Source: Podarcis gaigeae (taxonomy: Eukaryota). Taken from it: a stretch of 64,000 bases of DNA. The number at the start of each line of letters is the position of its first letter. Within the stretch, counting starts at the first letter, position 1. This document shows, piece after piece, positions 60,790 through 64,000 of this stretch. The stretch lies in assembly GCA_964106915.2 (NCBI GenBank), contig OZ066917.1; one strand, given 5' to 3'. A program made the translations under genes and the position numbers. Under the pieces are notes generated by a model. That model was not told where the DNA came from, made no database searches, and was given only the letters and a program-made list of their open reading frames with translations.

Positions 60790-63385
60790 AAATGAAAGGA
60801 AACAAAAGAAAATAAAATTTGATTTGAAAAAAATTAAAATATAATTTTACAGAAAAAAGAAAGTTCTCAATGATGAGCTGCTATCTTTGCATATAATTCT
60901 AAGAATTGTCATAAGAACTGCAGTTGACTGCTTCAGGTAGGCAGACAGTTCAGTGAATGGGTGTCCCAGGAAAGCAGCACAGGTGGTGGGCAAGCCACAA
61001 AGGAACAGTCAGAAATCTGGGAAAGTTCCCCAGCAACCACGCTGCCGCTGCGTGCCTCACAACAAGGCCATTTTGGTTGCAGCAGCATTGGAGACCAAGG
61101 AGGAGGAAAACAGAAGCGGAGCAGGATGGTTGTTGGGGAGCTGCCCAGTCCAGTGGTGTGTCAGAGGCTTGGTTTGGCTGAGCTTTAAGGGGAGAGAGTG
61201 TGACCTGGCCTGGTGAGTGGGCAGGTGGGTAGAGAGGAAGGGGCTGGCAGGTGGGTAGAGAGGAAGGAAATGGAAGCAGGTGGGGTGGAAAGGGGAAGGT
61301 CTAAGCTGCCCAATGCCAATCCTTTCAACCTCTGGCTTCCTTCTGTGGCGGTGCCTGCAGCAGTGGGAAGGGGCTACATATGACCCCCCTCAAACTGAAT
61401 ATCAATTTTTCTACCAACAAAAGATTAATTGGATGCATTTTACAAAGAATCAAAAATTCTTATGTTTTTTTATGGAATATATAGAATATATAGACACTCG
61501 AATCATCTAAGTAATCTTCACCACATTTTTGTGTGTTTCCGCTCACTAGTTAACAGCTGACATTCTCCCCCCTGAACAGGTGCAAAGTCACAGACAATTT
61601 TTGCCATTCTCAAGATTTTCCTGTTCTTTGGTGACCGTGACTATCATATTGTTACTGTATCCAAGCATTCACTATCAATACTGATTTAAGTCGAGATTAG
61701 TTAGAGAGTGCTCTTTTATTCATCAAGGTCATATCTTGATGGCTGTGCAAGCTTAGATAAATCGGGTATTAAGCAGGCACATCTCCAAGGAACCTAGAAA
61801 TTCTCTCATCTGCAGACCTCAGCATATCTTGTTATTTATTGCCAGAGAAATGACTGATTAATTTTGTCATCTTTGCTCTGTGTTTTTTGCTCGGCTGAAG
61901 CTGCCTGCCCTCGTCTGCAATGCCTGATCAGACCTATTTAAGCTGATGCCTTTGATCGTAGACACAGAGGAGCTTGCTGACTTAGGCTTTGACTAAACAT
62001 TCCTTTGCTGCAATATTTATGCACAACATCCCTAAATGATAACTGACAGTCAATGTAGATAACGAAAAACTACTAAGATGTTTCCCACTATTATATGGAT
62101 ACTCAAAGCAGCATTCATGGTACTACATTTAGAGGCAAGATTTAACAAACAACAACCCCCACAAAAATGCGTTATGCGACTCATTACTCTATCTGTCATT
62201 TTCCACTAAGAAGATATCCGAGGCAAGTAAACTACCTCCCTTTAAAACAAAAAAAAACCCAAACATTTTATTTGTCTAATGTGATTTTCATTCTTAAAAC
62301 TAAGAGTAATTTTGCTACTATACCAGACAGCTATAAAAATTATCAAAATAACACTGATGAAAAATCCCTAATGAAAGTTAAGCCCCATGGAAAAAAAAAT
62401 CTGTGCTTCTAGCGCTTTATTAATCACATTCCAGCACCAGAGGCTGAAAATACATCAAACTGCACCAAATCCTTTTCACATGACAACCTCATAAATTATT
62501 CAACTCATTAGTATCACCAAGAGGCATAAAAATAACATCAGTGTTAAGGATGTTTTTTTATAAAGTAAGGTCAACTAAAAGTTTTAATATTAAAATCCAC
62601 AAAAGCACAAGCCTCAAAAAGTCCATCAAGGTAAAATCTATGGGATTTAATCTCACAGCAAGCTGTTTTAAATTCCTCTAGAAGGCTGTTGTTAATTTTG
62701 ATACTGAAAGCTTCAGAAACATTTATGTTGGCGACTTCCTTCTGTTGTGATCTGAAATATAACCAATAGTGACACAGCCAACATTTCTCCATATATGTGC
62801 CAGTTTTATTTCTTTCTTTATCTGAATACAATATTGGGAAAACAATATGAGGTTCTCTTAATTTTACTCGGCAAGGGCCTTTTTTTTTTGGAGCGGGGGA
62901 GTTTGCTATACCTCTTAATCACATTTCCTTGTATACTTGTTTGCTGGGTGCTTGGCCCTAAACATGCTTGGCTGAAAATCTTGCTGCCCCTGCTCCACAT
63001 GCACCCCTCAGTTTTAGGCTGCTTGCTTCTAGGTACAGGATTCAATCTGACACTACAGCTATGTCAATGTATATCTTATACAGCTCCACAGTTGTGATCA
63101 ATAGTCTTCACCCTGTACAGATCAGGACCTAATTTTAGCCCAAATATATTACTGATTCTTTTCATTCCTCCCTGCTTCTTTCACCATCTTATTTGGTTTT
63201 GTCCCATTATGCCCACAATCTTTCTGCTTTACTGTCTTTCCTCTTCTCTATAAAACACAAATAAAATAAAATGCCCAAGGAAAGTGATGGAAGTTCAGTG
63301 TGATACAAGCCAGTTTTGAGGTACGGCTATATAGCTCACTGGTAGAACACAAGCTGTACACACAGATGTTGCATTTAAAGCACTA

Positions 63386-63546
63386 CAGTGGTACTTCTGG
63401 TTACGAACTTAATTAGTTCCAGAGGTCTGTTCTTAACCTGAAACCATTCTTAACCTGAGACACCGCTTTAGCTAATGGGGCCTCCTGCTGCCGCCGCGCG
63501 ATTTCTGTTCTCATCCTGAGGTAAAGTTCTTAACACGAGGTACCGG
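63386..63546. mobile_element. Tigger/pogo-like MITE, internally deleted variant of the 18361 family
   Basis: taCAGTGGTAC start and the shared gctaatggggcctcctgctgccgcc core, ending cgaggtacc. Confidence 0.75.
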
Positions 63547-63699
63547 TGCCCTCCAGATGTGGAGGACTACAACTCCCATCAGCTCTCATCAGCATGGAGA
63601 ATGGTTAGGGATAATGGGAGGTATCTTCTGAAGGGTACCACACAGTTGTATCAAAGGGCTCTGAAATATCTACACAGAACAAATAATAGCATGGACCCG

Positions 63700-63996
63700 A
63701 TCTGGTGGGATGCTCTGCCACAAGAGACTAGGGCCCTGAGGGACTTGACATCTTTCTGCAGGGCCTGCAAGACAGAGCTGTTCCACCAGGCCTTTGGCCA
63801 AGGCACAGTCTGACTCCCTCCTTTGGTAATCCTCACAGAACTCTAGCCCAATGGTTGCCATTAATTTGATTTTGAACTGATTTTAAAATGAATTGATTTT
63901 AGAATGTTGTGTTACTTTTATTGTTGTTAGCCGCTCTGAATCCGGCTTCGGCTGGGGGAGGGCAGGATACAAATAAAATTTTATTATTATTATTAT
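63700..63996 (+). mobile_element. L2 LINE 3' end with (TAT)n tail
   Basis: WDALPQETRALRDLTSFCRACKTELFHQAF resembles the L2 ORF2 C-terminus, followed by a 3' UTR, AATAAA and (ATT)n. Confidence 0.8.
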
Positions 63997-64000
63997 GGAG

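Overview
Vertebrate genomic DNA, almost certainly a squamate and probably a lacertid lizard, judged from the repeat complement: Sauria SINE, Squam3-like SINEs with (TTC)n tails, tRNA/CR1-tail SINEs, Bov-B, CR1, L2, hAT and Tc1/mariner MITEs. The window lies inside the minus-strand neurobeachin (NBEA) gene, of which two coding exons are visible (50692-50549 and 31500-31364). The single-exon gene MAB21L1 (27817-28896, 359 aa, + strand) is nested antisense in the following intron, within a cluster of CpG islands spanning about 24.6-39.8 kb. The rest is AT-rich intron with transposon fragments and candidate enhancers. Four signals stand out. (1) A 587-bp near-perfect palindrome at 43183-43769 is built from two inverted Penelope-like retroelement ends, each carrying a minimal hammerhead-ribozyme motif, and sits in (TA)n. 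(2) A stop-free in-frame region upstream of the MAB21L1 AUG has near-cognate starts in strong Kozak context, suggesting a non-AUG N-terminal extension. (3) A possible bidirectional promoter may drive a short NBEA isoform. (4) A 'tailless' 5'-half tRNA-Arg(TCT) retrocopy is inserted in a palindromic target. Repeat-family names come from recognition, not database searches. There are no CRISPR arrays or prokaryotic systems.
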